From NCBI GenBank assembly GCA_040757335.1, contig JBFLXB010000012.1:15246-79245 (forward strand): a DNA stretch of 64,000 bases, in the 5' to 3' direction. The notes under the pieces are model-generated. The model was not told where the DNA came from and searched no databases. It worked only from the letters and a program-made list of their open reading frames with translations. A program made the position numbers and the translations under genes. The DNA is from Nitrospirota bacterium. Its GTDB lineage: Bacteria > Nitrospirota > Nitrospiria > 2-01-FULL-66-17. Shown in pieces: positions 49,676 to 59,291 of the stretch (position 1 is the stretch's first letter; each line of letters starts with the position of its first letter).

Positions 49676-50281
49676 ATGGACTTTTTCAGCAACCTGCTGA
49701 GGTCCGAGATGGATTCCACACTCTCATGGTCTGCCATGAAACGGAAGGTCACCGTAAAGACCGTGCCGGTCTATGCGTTGGCGATCGCGTTGGTGTGGCT
49801 GGCCCAGCCCGTGGCGCGGTGGTTCGCGGTCGGCGTGGTGATCGTGGTGCTCGGCGAGGCGATCCGCGTGTGGGCGGCGGGACACCTGTATAAAAACGAA
49901 CGCGTGGTGACCAGCGGTCCGTACGCTTACGTGAAGAATCCCTTGTACCTCGGCACGTTCCTCATCATGGTGGGCTTGTGCGTGATGGCTTCGAACTATG
50001 TCCTATTGGCGATCGGTGTGGCGGTGTTCGTGGCCTACTACGCGCCGTTCAAGCAGCGTCGGGAATCCGACCGGCTGCGGGAGCGGTTCGGGGACGCGTG
50101 GGTGCGGTACGACCATGACGTGCCGGCGTACCTGCCGCGCCTGACGCCTTACCCTGCTCGCGAAGACAAGCCCTGGCAATGGGCGGCTTTCATTCGAAAC
50201 GACGAACACGGCACGGTGCTGGCCGTGATGCTTGGGATCGTGGTGCTGGCCTGGAAGCTCTGGAGCGTCTCGGCCGCATGA
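49676..50281 (+). CDS. Isoprenylcysteine carboxyl methyltransferase (ICMT/PEMT) family membrane methyltransferase.
   Basis: GHLYKNERVVTSGPYAYVKNPLYLG...YYAPFKQRRESDRLRERFGDAW is the ICMT-family C-terminal motif. The start is uncertain (49580, 49676 or 49709). Confidence 0.6.
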   Translation: MDFFSNLLRSEMDSTLSWSAMKRKVTVKTVPVYALAIALVWLAQPVARWFAVGVVIVVLGEAIRVWAAGHLYKNERVVTSGPYAYVKNPLYLGTFLIMVGLCVMASNYVLLAIGVAVFVAYYAPFKQRRESDRLRERFGDAWVRYDHDVPAYLPRLTPYPAREDKPWQWAAFIRNDEHGTVLAVMLGIVVLAWKLWSVSAA

Positions 50282-50286
50282 CGGGG

Positions 50287-50408
50287 AGCCTGCCCGGGAA
50301 TGGTCACCTGCGTCGTTGCCGCTGCGCTTCCGCTCCTCACGTACGAACGAAGTACGCTCCGGTGCGGTACTCGCGGCGCCTAGCATCTGACCCATTCCTG
50401 GACAGGCT
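50287..50408. mobile_element. MITE-like structured repeat, copy 2 (122 bp).
   Basis: AGCCTGCCCGGGAATGGTCAC...GACCCATTCCTGGACAGGCT. Confidence 0.65.
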
Positions 50409-50418
50409 GTGTTGAAGG

Positions 50419-51105
50419 ATGTCGGCCGCGCTATCGCGCGAGGCGATCGCCCTTTCCAGCCCCCGGTACATCCGCCGCGGGCGGCCGTGGCAGCCCGACA
50501 TTCTGCTGGTGGACCACCAGGGGCGCAGCGTGATCGTGAAGGATTACGCGCCCCGCAAATGGATCTACCGCGTCGGGGTGGGGCTGTATTCGGTCTGGCG
50601 CGAAGCAACGATCTATGAATTGCTCGACGGGATTGCCGGTGTTCCACGGTTTGTGGGCCGGATCGACCGCTACGCGTTGGCGACCGAATACATCCCGGGG
50701 AAGGGAGCCGGAGAGGCGCAGCCCGGCGAGGTCGGTGACGCGTTTTTCGATCGACTTCACGAGACGGTGGAGGCCGTGCATCGCCGCGGGGTGGCGTTGT
50801 GCGATTTGCGGAACATGAACAACGTGTTGATCAGCGATGGCGGCGATCCGTACGTGATCGACTTTGCGGCGGCGATTCGACGGGGCGCCCGCTGGAACCT
50901 GTTGCTCAACGGCCTGTTTCGGGTCTTTGTGCAGGACGACCGCTTGGGGGTGATCAAACTCAAGCGACGGTTGGCGCCGTACCTGGTGACCACCGAGGAG
51001 TCCAAGCGATACCGCAAGGGGGTGTTCATGCAGTCGCAAGCCATTGCGCTGCGGAACTGGGGACGACGGTGGTTGAAACGGCTGGTGGGGATGAAGGCCG
51101 GTTAG
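50419..51105 (+). CDS. Lipopolysaccharide kinase (Kdo kinase KdkA / WaaP-like) family protein.
   Basis: Small atypical kinase with VIVKDY, CDLRNMNNVLIS and YVIDFAAA (HxD/N...DF), about 228 aa. Confidence 0.5.
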   Translation: MSAALSREAIALSSPRYIRRGRPWQPDILLVDHQGRSVIVKDYAPRKWIYRVGVGLYSVWREATIYELLDGIAGVPRFVGRIDRYALATEYIPGKGAGEAQPGEVGDAFFDRLHETVEAVHRRGVALCDLRNMNNVLISDGGDPYVIDFAAAIRRGARWNLLLNGLFRVFVQDDRLGVIKLKRRLAPYLVTTEESKRYRKGVFMQSQAIALRNWGRRWLKRLVGMKAG

Positions 51106-51118
51106 CCGAGGGAGAACC

Positions 51119-52672
51119 ATGCGACGGGCATTGATCAGCGTGTCGAACAAAGACGGCGTGGTGGATGTGGCCAAAGGTCTGGTCGCCTTGGGGTTCGAGA
51201 TCGTGTCGACGGGCGGGACGGCCAAACTCCTCCGCGAGCAGAAGGTGGCGGTGCGGGACGTCTCCGAGATCACCGGGTTTCCCGAGATGTTGGACGGTCG
51301 GGTCAAGACGCTGCATCCCAAGGTCCACGGTGGTCTGTTGGGGCGGCGCAGGCTTCCCGAGCACGTGGAGCAGATGAAGCGCCACGGGATCGACCCAATC
51401 GACGTGGTGATCGTGAACTTGTATCCCTTCGAAGCGACCATCAACAAGCCCGGCTGCACGTTCGACGAGGCGATCGAGAACATCGACATCGGCGGTCCCT
51501 CGATGTTGCGGTCGGCCGCCAAGAACTTCGAAGAGGTCGCCGTGGTGGTGGACCCCGCCGACTACCCGCGGCTGCTCGATGAGCTCAAACGACCGGAGGG
51601 CGTTAGCCGCGAGACCCGGATGTTGTTCGCGCGAAAGGTGTTCGCCCACACCTCGCGCTACGACGGCCTGATCGCGCTGTACCTTGATCGCGGCGCGCCG
51701 GCCGCGGAACCCGCGACCCGGTTTCCCCAGACGCTGGTGCTGCGGTACGAAAAACTCCAGAACCTTCGTTACGGGGAGAACCCGCACCAGCAGGCCGCGG
51801 TGTATCGCGACCCGTCCGTGACCGAGGCGAGCACGGCGCGGGCTCGCCAGCTCCACGGCAAGGAGATGTCGTACAACAATTTCTTGGACGCGCACGCCGC
51901 GCTCGAGTTGGTCAAAGAGTTCGACACGTGCGCGGTGGTGATCGTCAAGCACAACAACCCGTGCGGTGTCGCCCTGGGCGCCACGCCGGCCGAGGCCTAT
52001 CGCAAGGCCCGCGAGGGTGATCCCGTGTCCGCGTTCGGCGGGGTGGCGGCGTTCAACCGCCAGGTGGACGGCGAAACCGCGAAGGAAATCGGCTCCACGT
52101 TCATGGAGGTCATCGTGGCGCCGGGATTCGAGCCCGCCGCGGTCGAGGAACTCGGGCGCAAAAAGGCATTGCGCCTGCTCGACGTGGGGCCATTGAGCAC
52201 GGGGCCCGCCGAGAGCATGGACTGTCGCAAGATCGTCGGCGGCTTGCTCTATCAGGAACGCGATCTGGGGCGGATCGACGACGTCCGCAAGCTGCGGGTG
52301 GTGACCACGCGCACGCCCTCCGCCGAGGAGTTCGACGCGCTCGCGTTCGCGTGGAAGGTCGCCAAACACACCAAGTCCAACGCCATCGTGTACGCGCGGC
52401 CGGACCGGACCATCGGTGTGGGCGCGGGCCAGATGAGCCGGGTGGACTCGGTGAAGATCGGCGCGATGAAGGCCGTGTTGCCGCTCGCGGGTACGGTGAT
52501 CGCCTCCGACGCGTTTTTCCCGTTTCCCGACGGCATCAACGAAGCGGCCAAGGTGGGCGTGACCGCGGTCATTCAACCGGGCGGCTCGGTGAAGGACGAA
52601 GAGGTCGTGGCGGCGGCGAATCAGCATGGGATGGCGATGGTGCTCACGGGCATGCGCCACTTCCGGCACTGA
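51119..52672 (+). CDS. purH: Bifunctional AICAR transformylase / IMP cyclohydrolase.
   Basis: MRRALISVSNKDGVVDVAKGLVALGFEIVSTGGTAKLL..., 517 aa, colinear with PurH. Confidence 0.95.
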   Translation: MRRALISVSNKDGVVDVAKGLVALGFEIVSTGGTAKLLREQKVAVRDVSEITGFPEMLDGRVKTLHPKVHGGLLGRRRLPEHVEQMKRHGIDPIDVVIVNLYPFEATINKPGCTFDEAIENIDIGGPSMLRSAAKNFEEVAVVVDPADYPRLLDELKRPEGVSRETRMLFARKVFAHTSRYDGLIALYLDRGAPAAEPATRFPQTLVLRYEKLQNLRYGENPHQQAAVYRDPSVTEASTARARQLHGKEMSYNNFLDAHAALELVKEFDTCAVVIVKHNNPCGVALGATPAEAYRKAREGDPVSAFGGVAAFNRQVDGETAKEIGSTFMEVIVAPGFEPAAVEELGRKKALRLLDVGPLSTGPAESMDCRKIVGGLLYQERDLGRIDDVRKLRVVTTRTPSAEEFDALAFAWKVAKHTKSNAIVYARPDRTIGVGAGQMSRVDSVKIGAMKAVLPLAGTVIASDAFFPFPDGINEAAKVGVTAVIQPGGSVKDEEVVAAANQHGMAMVLTGMRHFRH

Positions 52673-52794
52673 GCCTGTCCATGAAGGGTCATCTGCGGCG
52701 TTGCCAGCTGCGCATTCGGTCCTCACGTACGACACAGTACGCTCCGGTCCGATGCTCGCCGGCGCCTTGCATCTGACGCCTTCCTGAACAGGCT
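52672..52794. mobile_element. MITE-like structured repeat, copy 3 (123 bp), abutting the purH stop.
   Basis: AGCCTGTCCATGAAGGGTCATC...GACGCCTTCCTGAACAGGCT. Confidence 0.65.
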
Positions 52795-52933
52795 CGCAGA
52801 GCAGGCGTAGCCTGCCTGCGGAAGGATTTCGAATCAACATCTTCTTCCTTCAACACAAGTCTTTCCCTCGCGGCCAGGGACGGCCGCTCTCTGCATTGGT
52901 CCCATCCGTCCCATTGGTCCCATCGGTCCTATC

Positions 52934-54214
52934 ATGAAGATTCTCGTCATCGGTGGGGGGGGGCGCGAGCACGCGTTGGTTTGGAAGCTCGCGCAGAGTC
53001 CGCGCGTCCGCAGAGTCTTTTGCGCGCCGGGTAACGGCGGCATCGCGGCGCAGGCGACTTGCCTGCCGATCGCGGTGGACGACGTCGACGGTCTTCTCGC
53101 TGTGGTGGAGCGCGAAGGCATCGACTTGACCATCGTGGGACCGGAGGCGGCGTTGGCGGCGGGGGTGGTGGATCGATTCGTCGCCGCAGGGCGGCGGATC
53201 GTGGGCCCGAGCCGAGAAGCCGCGCAACTCGAGACCAGCAAAGCATTCTCCAAAGCGTTTTTGCAGCGACACGGCATCCCCACCGCTAAGGCGGCGGTGG
53301 TCCGATCGTTGGACGAGGCCCTGGCCGTTCTGGATCTGCATCCGCTGCCGGTGGTGATCAAAGCCGACGGACTCGCCGCCGGGAAAGGCGTGGTGGTGAC
53401 GGCCGATCGCGAGGAGGCGCGCGGCGCGGTGCGCGCGATGATGGGCCAGCGGGTGTTCGGGACCGCCGGTGACACGGTGTTGATCGAAGAATGCCTTGAA
53501 GGGATGGAGGCCACGTGTATGGCGTTCTGCGACGGCCGATCGTTCGTCATGATGCCCGCGGCGCAGGATCACAAACGGGCGGAGGACGGCGATCGTGGAC
53601 CGAACACCGGCGGCATGGGCGCATACGCTCCCACCCCCTTCGTCACGGCCGACGTGTTGGCGGCGGTGCGGGCGCGGGTGTTTGAGCCTGCGCTGGCGGG
53701 GATGGCGGCGGAGGGACGGCCCTACCGCGGGATCCTGTACGCGGGACTGATGCTGACGCGGGATGGCCCCAAGGTGCTCGAGTTCAATTGCCGGTTCGGA
53801 GATCCCGAAACACAGGTGGTGCTGCCCCTGTTGGAGAGCGATCTGGTCGAGGTGGGCGAGGCCATCGTGGACGGGCGGTTGGACCGGCTTCCCGTGCGCT
53901 GGAGCAACCGTACCGCGGTCTGCGTGGTGGTGACCGCCAAGGGATACCCGGGCGACTACCAACGGGGCGACGTCATCTCGGGCCTCGACCAGAGTCTCGA
54001 TGACAGAACGTCCATCGTCTTCCACGCGGGCACGGCGCGTGAGGGCGGTCGTCTCGTGACCGCCGGAGGCCGCGTGTTGGGCGTGACGGGCGTGGACACG
54101 ACGCTGGCTGCGGCGCGCGAGCGGGCGTATGCCCGCGTTCGAACGATTGCGTTCGGAGGGGCGGCGTATCGCTCGGACATTGCAGCGCGGGCGGTGACGC
54201 CGTCGTCGGCGTAG
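52934..54214 (+). CDS. purD: Phosphoribosylamine-glycine ligase.
   Basis: MKILVIGGGGREHALVWKLAQS..., 426 aa, ATP-grasp. Confidence 0.95.
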   Translation: MKILVIGGGGREHALVWKLAQSPRVRRVFCAPGNGGIAAQATCLPIAVDDVDGLLAVVEREGIDLTIVGPEAALAAGVVDRFVAAGRRIVGPSREAAQLETSKAFSKAFLQRHGIPTAKAAVVRSLDEALAVLDLHPLPVVIKADGLAAGKGVVVTADREEARGAVRAMMGQRVFGTAGDTVLIEECLEGMEATCMAFCDGRSFVMMPAAQDHKRAEDGDRGPNTGGMGAYAPTPFVTADVLAAVRARVFEPALAGMAAEGRPYRGILYAGLMLTRDGPKVLEFNCRFGDPETQVVLPLLESDLVEVGEAIVDGRLDRLPVRWSNRTAVCVVVTAKGYPGDYQRGDVISGLDQSLDDRTSIVFHAGTAREGGRLVTAGGRVLGVTGVDTTLAAARERAYARVRTIAFGGAAYRSDIAARAVTPSSA

Positions 54215-54349
54215 CCCGGCCATGAAGGGTCATCTGCTGCGTTGTCGCTGCGCTTCCGGTCCTCACGGTTTCGTAGGGGCGTATTGCAATACGCCCCTAC
54301 AGGTCCGGTGCTCGCTCCGCCTTGCAGCTGACGCCTTCCTGACCAGGCT
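54213..54349. mobile_element. MITE-like structured repeat, copy 4 (137 bp). Its centre is replaced by the 28-bp perfect palindrome GTAGGGGCGTATTGCAATACGCCCCTAC (54273..54300).
   Basis: AGCCCGGCCATGAAGGGTCATC...GACGCCTTCCTGACCAGGCT. The CGTAC...GTACG core is swapped for a new palindrome. Confidence 0.65.
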
Positions 54350-54358
54350 TTAGAAGAG

Positions 54359-55033
54359 GTGACTCAACAGTCTGACAGGTCGCTCCTCGCTCTTCGCTCT
54401 GGGGGGCTCTTTCGTCTGCCAACTCTCTCCCTGTTGATCGTAGGGGCGGTCGGTGGCGTTGCTGCGTTCTGGGTGTTGTTTCGGCTCGATCCGTTGTTCC
54501 GCGAGGCGATCGCGCCCTGGCGCACGCCGACGGTCCGGGCCGTCATGGAATGGGTGACTACGTTCGGGGAGGGCTGGCTGCTGGGCGTGGGGGCGCTCGC
54601 CATGGCACTGATCGCACACCGCGTGGGTCGGTCCGATTTGGTCCGAGCCGGACTGGTGGCGGTTCCGGCGATGATCGCCTCGGGCCTGTTTTCGCGCGTG
54701 ATCAAGATCCTCACGGCCAGACCGCGGCCCAGCGCGGCGGCGGGAGCGCTCGACTCCTGGTGGCCGTCGCTGGACGCGGCGTACAACTCGTTCCCGTCGG
54801 GGCACGCCACGTCGGCGTTCACGTTGGCCGCGATTTTGGCCGTGGCGGCGCCTTCAGGGCGGTGGTGGTTCTATGTCGTGGCCGGGGTGATTGCCTTCTC
54901 CCGGGTCGCGGTCGACGCGCATTTTGTCTCGGACGTGGTGGCGGGCGGGCTCCTGGGCTGGGCGACCGGGCGAATCGCTTTGGCGGTGGCGGACCGGCGG
55001 TGGCCCGTGCGTGAAGGGCCGGGACGAGCGTGA
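54359..55033 (+). CDS. PAP2-family lipid phosphatase (undecaprenyl-diphosphate / lipid A phosphatase-like).
   Basis: KILTARPRP...SFPSGHATSAF...SRVAVDAHFVSDVVAG are the three PAP2 motifs (KxxxxxxRP, PSGH, SRxxxxxHxxxD). Confidence 0.8.
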   Translation: MTQQSDRSLLALRSGGLFRLPTLSLLIVGAVGGVAAFWVLFRLDPLFREAIAPWRTPTVRAVMEWVTTFGEGWLLGVGALAMALIAHRVGRSDLVRAGLVAVPAMIASGLFSRVIKILTARPRPSAAAGALDSWWPSLDAAYNSFPSGHATSAFTLAAILAVAAPSGRWWFYVVAGVIAFSRVAVDAHFVSDVVAGGLLGWATGRIALAVADRRWPVREGPGRA

Positions 55034-56742
55034 CCGCCGAGCGAGCAGGCGCGGCCGCGCTGTTGATCGGATGCGCGGCCTTGTTTTTCTGGGGATTGGG
55101 CAGCGTCCCGCTGTTCGACGTGGACGAGGCGGTGTTCGCCGAAGCCACGCGCGAGATGCTGGCCACCGGCGACTGGATTACGCCGCAATACAACGGAGTC
55201 GACCGCTTCGACAAGCCCATCCTGTTCTACTGGCTGATGGCGTCCTCGTTCGCCCTGTTCGGAGTCGGCGAGTTCGGTGCGCGGTTCTGGTCGGCCGCGT
55301 TCGGCGTCGGCCTCGTCGCCCTGCTCTTGGTATTCGCGTGGCGGCGGATGGGCCCGCGAGTGGGCCTGCTGTCGGGACTGGTTGCGGCCACGTCGCTGGA
55401 AGTGGTGGTGCTCGCGCACTCCGCGATCACGGACATGGTCCTGATTTTTTTTATCACCGCCGGCCTGCTCGCGTGGTTTGCCGCGGTGCAGGCCAGCGAC
55501 CCGAGGGCGCGCGTGGACGCGGCGCTCGTTGGATCGGCGGCGCTGGCCCTGGCGGTGTTGACCAAAGGCCCGATTGGGATCGTGTTGCCGGGCCTGATTC
55601 TCACGGGGTTTCTCGTGCTCCGGGGCGGAATGCGGGAGGCGCTGACCAATCTGCCTTGGGGACGAATGCTGCTGGTGTTCTTGCTGGTGGCTGCTCCGTG
55701 GTACGCGTTGGAATTGCAGGCGCGAGGGTGGGCGTTCGTCGAGGGGTTTCTGTTGAAACACAACGTGCGACGGTTCACGGGCGTGATCTCCGGCCACGCG
55801 GGACCGGTGTATTATTATCTGCCGGTGGTGGCGGTAGGCCTCTTTCCCTGGACGGTATTTGCGTTGCCCGCCTTTCGCTGGGCATGGCCCTCCGGGTGGT
55901 GGGGGCTGCGCCGTCCGACCGACCGCGAGGCGCTCGCGCTTTTCCTGTTGGTCTGGGCCGGCGTGGTGTTTATCTTCTTCTCCGCGGCCGGCACCAAGTT
56001 GCCCAACTACGTGGCCTCGCTGTATCCTCCGCTGGCGTTGCTGGTGGGGATGTGGGCCGAGCGATTCGCCGCGCGGGCTCCGGGCGCGGATCGCTGGGTG
56101 GGCGGTGGGATCATCGTCCTGGTGGGCATCGCCCTGCTCGTGGCCATTGCGTTCGGAGGGCTGCCGTGGTGGCTGGAATGGGCGCGCGAGCGTTTTCCCA
56201 AGGCCGCGTACCTGCACCAGCCCATCGACGTTGGCTGGGGGCCTGCGGCGCTGGGAACCACGGTCCTGGTCGGTGCGGCGGCGATCGCCTGGCTGGCGCG
56301 ACAGCGACGCCCCGCGGCCACCATCGGCGCGATCGCCGCAACCACCGTGTTGACGGTGGGGGTCCTGCTGACGGCGGTGGCGCCCGTTGCCGCGTCGGTG
56401 ATCCAGGTGCCGTTGCGCGATATGGCGGTTCGCGCGGGCCTGGAGGCGGGGCCGGACGGCGGGATCGCGCTGTACGGATTGAACAAACCCAGCGTCGTGT
56501 TTTACGCGAAACGGGTGGTGACCGTGGTGGGGGAGAGCCGGCCGGAGGAGCTGGCCGCGTTGATGGTGCAAGACCGCAAATGGATGGTGATCACCAAGTC
56601 CGCGTGGGTCGAGCGGCTCAAGGGCGTGGCCGAGGTTTACGCGATCGAGACTCGCGGCGGCTACGTGTTGGCGTCGAACCGTTCCGGGTCCGAGGCGACT
56701 CCGACCGCGGTGAATGAGGCCCCAACCAATGCGCTCCGGTAA
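55030..56742 (+). CDS. ArnT/PMT-like (GT83/GT39) polyprenyl-phosphate-sugar-dependent glycosyltransferase.
   Basis: LFDVDEAVFAEATREMLATGDWITPQYNGVDRFDKPILFYWL matches the ArnT N-terminal catalytic loop (DE..Y.E..REML). About 12 TM helices. Confidence 0.8.
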   Translation: MTAERAGAAALLIGCAALFFWGLGSVPLFDVDEAVFAEATREMLATGDWITPQYNGVDRFDKPILFYWLMASSFALFGVGEFGARFWSAAFGVGLVALLLVFAWRRMGPRVGLLSGLVAATSLEVVVLAHSAITDMVLIFFITAGLLAWFAAVQASDPRARVDAALVGSAALALAVLTKGPIGIVLPGLILTGFLVLRGGMREALTNLPWGRMLLVFLLVAAPWYALELQARGWAFVEGFLLKHNVRRFTGVISGHAGPVYYYLPVVAVGLFPWTVFALPAFRWAWPSGWWGLRRPTDREALALFLLVWAGVVFIFFSAAGTKLPNYVASLYPPLALLVGMWAERFAARAPGADRWVGGGIIVLVGIALLVAIAFGGLPWWLEWARERFPKAAYLHQPIDVGWGPAALGTTVLVGAAAIAWLARQRRPAATIGAIAATTVLTVGVLLTAVAPVAASVIQVPLRDMAVRAGLEAGPDGGIALYGLNKPSVVFYAKRVVTVVGESRPEELAALMVQDRKWMVITKSAWVERLKGVAEVYAIETRGGYVLASNRSGSEATPTAVNEAPTNALR

Positions 56743-57706
56743 CAAGTCGCCCGCGCTGTCAGTCGTCATTCCCCTCTACAACGAGGCGGACAACCTCGAC
56801 GCGCTTGCGGATCGGGTCTTCGGCACCCTCAAGCGGTTTGAGCTGGACGCGGAAGTCCTGTTCGTGGACGACGGGAGTACGGACGACAGTGAGAAGATCT
56901 TTCGGCGCCTCTGCGAAGTCCACCCGCGTTTACGGGTGATCCGGCTGCGGCGAAACTTCGGCCAAACCGCGGCCATGGCCGCGGGGTTCGATCATGCGCT
57001 CGGGGCGGTGATCGTGGTATTGGACGGGGACCTGCAGAACGATCCCGACGACATCCCGCTGCTCCTCAAACGGCTCGACGAAGGATACGACGTGGTGAGC
57101 GGATGGCGGCGCGATCGAAAAGATCACTGGAGTCGGGTGTTGCCGTCGCGCTTCGCCAACTGGCTGATCGGCCGCGTCACGGGCGTGCGGCTGCACGACT
57201 ACGGGTGTTCGCTCAAGGTGTACCGGGCGGACGTGATCCAGAATATTCCGCTGTACGGCGACCTCCACCGCTTCATTCCGGCGCTGGCGACCATCTACGG
57301 CGCAAAAATCGCCGAACAGCCGGTGCGTCACCACGAACGGGCCCACGGAACCAGCAAGTACACCTTGGCGCGGACCTTCCGCGTCATCATGGACCTCATC
57401 ATCGTCAGTTTTCTCAAGAGCTACGCGCAACGCCCCATGCACGCCTTCGGGTGGGCGGGGGTCATTATGCTGGTGGTGGGTTTCGGGATCGACGCCTACT
57501 TGGCGTTCCAGAAGCTCGCGTTCGGCGCTCAACTCGCCAACCGGCCGCTCCTGCTCTTGGGGGCGGTGTTGATGCTCGCGGGATTGCAGATCGCGAGCCT
57601 GGGAATCCTCGCCGAGCTTCAGATCCGGACCTACCATGAGTCCCAGGGCAAGCCCATCTACACGGTTCGCGAAATCCTCGACGGTGAAGAGAGGACTCGC
57701 GGATGA
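56714..57706 (+). CDS. GT2 polyprenyl-phosphate glycosyltransferase (ArnC/GtrB-like).
   Basis: LSVVIPLYNEADNL, LFVDDGSTDDS, VVLDGDLQNDP, and two C-terminal TM helices. Confidence 0.85.
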   Translation: MRPQPMRSGNKSPALSVVIPLYNEADNLDALADRVFGTLKRFELDAEVLFVDDGSTDDSEKIFRRLCEVHPRLRVIRLRRNFGQTAAMAAGFDHALGAVIVVLDGDLQNDPDDIPLLLKRLDEGYDVVSGWRRDRKDHWSRVLPSRFANWLIGRVTGVRLHDYGCSLKVYRADVIQNIPLYGDLHRFIPALATIYGAKIAEQPVRHHERAHGTSKYTLARTFRVIMDLIIVSFLKSYAQRPMHAFGWAGVIMLVVGFGIDAYLAFQKLAFGAQLANRPLLLLGAVLMLAGLQIASLGILAELQIRTYHESQGKPIYTVREILDGEERTRG

Positions 57707-58650
57707 AGAAGGTGTGGCTGCTTGCGCTCAAGCTCAGCGTCACGGTGGGCTTATTGGCGTATCTCTTTTCTCGGATCGACGTGGCGTCCGTCGCCGACCT
57801 CGTAGCGGGCGCATCCTGGGGGTGGGTCGTCGCGGCATTGTTCCTCTATCTGGCCTTACAGGGGCTGTGCGCGTGGCGCTGGTTGTTGCTGGCGCGCGTT
57901 TTGGATCTTGGGGGCACCTGGGCTCAGTTCGTCCGGTATTACTACGTCGGCATGTTCTTCAATCTGTTTTTGCCCACGGGCGTAGGGGGAGACGTGTACC
58001 GGTGCTACTACGTGGCCAGATCCGCGGCGGATTGGCGGCGGGCGATCCTCTCCGTGCTGGCGGATCGGGGCGTGGGCTTCGGGACGATGTGCGTGATCGC
58101 GGCGGTCGCGACCCTGACCTTCGGCCGCGTTCATCTGCCGGCTTGGATGGCGTGGGCGCTGGGAGGCAGCGTGTTGGGGGTGATCGCGCTCGCCGCGGTG
58201 GGGGTTACCGCGCGCGGTCCGTTCAAAGCGATACGAACGTCCGTCCCGTTGGTGGTCGAGTTCTTCAAGCGACCGGGTTTGCTGGCGGTGGTCACCGGGC
58301 TGTCGTTTTTGCTGCAGATCCTCGTCATCGTCGTCAGCATCTTCAACGGGATGGCATTGCAACTCGACGTGCCGGTCGCCTTCTACTTCATTTTGATTCC
58401 CCTGATCGCGGTGGCCACGATGATCCCGGTCAGCCTCAACGGGCTGGGGGTGCGCGAGGGCGCCTTCGTATTTTTTCTCGCCCAAGTGGGGGTGCCGGAA
58501 GCCCAGGCCCTGTCGCTCGCGCTGCTGTGGCTCGGCGTGGTCATTGCGTCGAGTCTGGTCGGCGGGCTCGTGTGGCTGGCCACTCCGGCGCCGCCGAAGC
58601 CGGTCGAGGCCGGCAACGCGCTCCGGCTTGACCCTGAAACAGCGCGATGA
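57703..58650 (+). CDS. UPF0104 / lysylphosphatidylglycerol-synthase-TM-like (flippase-like) membrane protein.
   Basis: MKKVWLLALKLSVTVGLLAYLFSRID... and eight TM helices, a family commonly linked to GT2/GT83 pairs. ATGA coupling with the upstream gene. Confidence 0.6.
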   Translation: MKKVWLLALKLSVTVGLLAYLFSRIDVASVADLVAGASWGWVVAALFLYLALQGLCAWRWLLLARVLDLGGTWAQFVRYYYVGMFFNLFLPTGVGGDVYRCYYVARSAADWRRAILSVLADRGVGFGTMCVIAAVATLTFGRVHLPAWMAWALGGSVLGVIALAAVGVTARGPFKAIRTSVPLVVEFFKRPGLLAVVTGLSFLLQILVIVVSIFNGMALQLDVPVAFYFILIPLIAVATMIPVSLNGLGVREGAFVFFLAQVGVPEAQALSLALLWLGVVIASSLVGGLVWLATPAPPKPVEAGNALRLDPETAR

Positions 58651-58680
58651 TAGCTTAGGGCTTCTCAAGAAGGAGGGCGG

Positions 58681-59205
58681 GTGACCTCGACCGAGCGGCC
58701 GTTGGTGGGGATCGTGATGGGCAGCGACTCGGATCTTCCGACTATGGAAGAAGCCGGGAAGGCGCTCCGCGAACTGGGGGTTCCGTTCACCGTGACGGTG
58801 GCCTCGGCCCACCGGTCGCCGGATCTGCTGCGGTCGTGGATCCACGGCGTCGAGGCCGAAGGCGTGCGGGTGATCATCGCAGGAGCCGGAGGAGCGGCTC
58901 ATCTGGCCGGTGTGGTCGCGTCAGAGACCGTGCTTCCCGTGATTGGCGTGCCGCTGGACTCGTCGGCGCTGCATGGTCTGGACGCGCTGCTCTCCACTGT
59001 CCAGATGCCGGGTGGTGTACCCGTGGCGACCGTGGCGATCGGTAAAGCCGGGGCCAAGAATGCGGGGATCCTGGCGGCCCGCATCCTGGCTCTGCAGGAT
59101 GAGCGGCTGTCCAAACGCCTCGTGGAGTACCGCTCCAAGATGGCAAAATACGTTGAAAAGAAAGCGAAAGATCTGTTGTCGAGCAGGGCGTCCAACCAGT
59201 CGTAG
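58681..59205 (+). CDS. purE: N5-carboxyaminoimidazole ribonucleotide mutase.
   Basis: [16 protein letters not shown]...[13 protein letters not shown]...LPVIGVP. Confidence 0.9.
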   Translation: MTSTERPLVGIVMGSDSDLPTMEEAGKALRELGVPFTVTVASAHRSPDLLRSWIHGVEAEGVRVIIAGAGGAAHLAGVVASETVLPVIGVPLDSSALHGLDALLSTVQMPGGVPVATVAIGKAGAKNAGILAARILALQDERLSKRLVEYRSKMAKYVEKKAKDLLSSRASNQS

Positions 59206-59291
59206 ACGTAGTCCACTCCCGCCTGTATCGGTTTCCGCTGTTCACCCAGATTCTTCTTGACTTGGGCTGTTGATCCACGCTATATTAACGC

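Noticed and set aside
54871-56769. 632-aa minus-strand ORF.
   Set aside because: Antisense to the ArnT-like and PAP2 genes, with an Arg/Gly-rich composition and no recognisable motifs. The same reasoning rejects the other long antisense ORFs at 7490..8317, 50431..51522, 51026..52840, 52850..54223, 59770..61044, 62533..63831, 1252..2001, 3526..4212, 4213..5157, 5377..6402 and 39203..39871.
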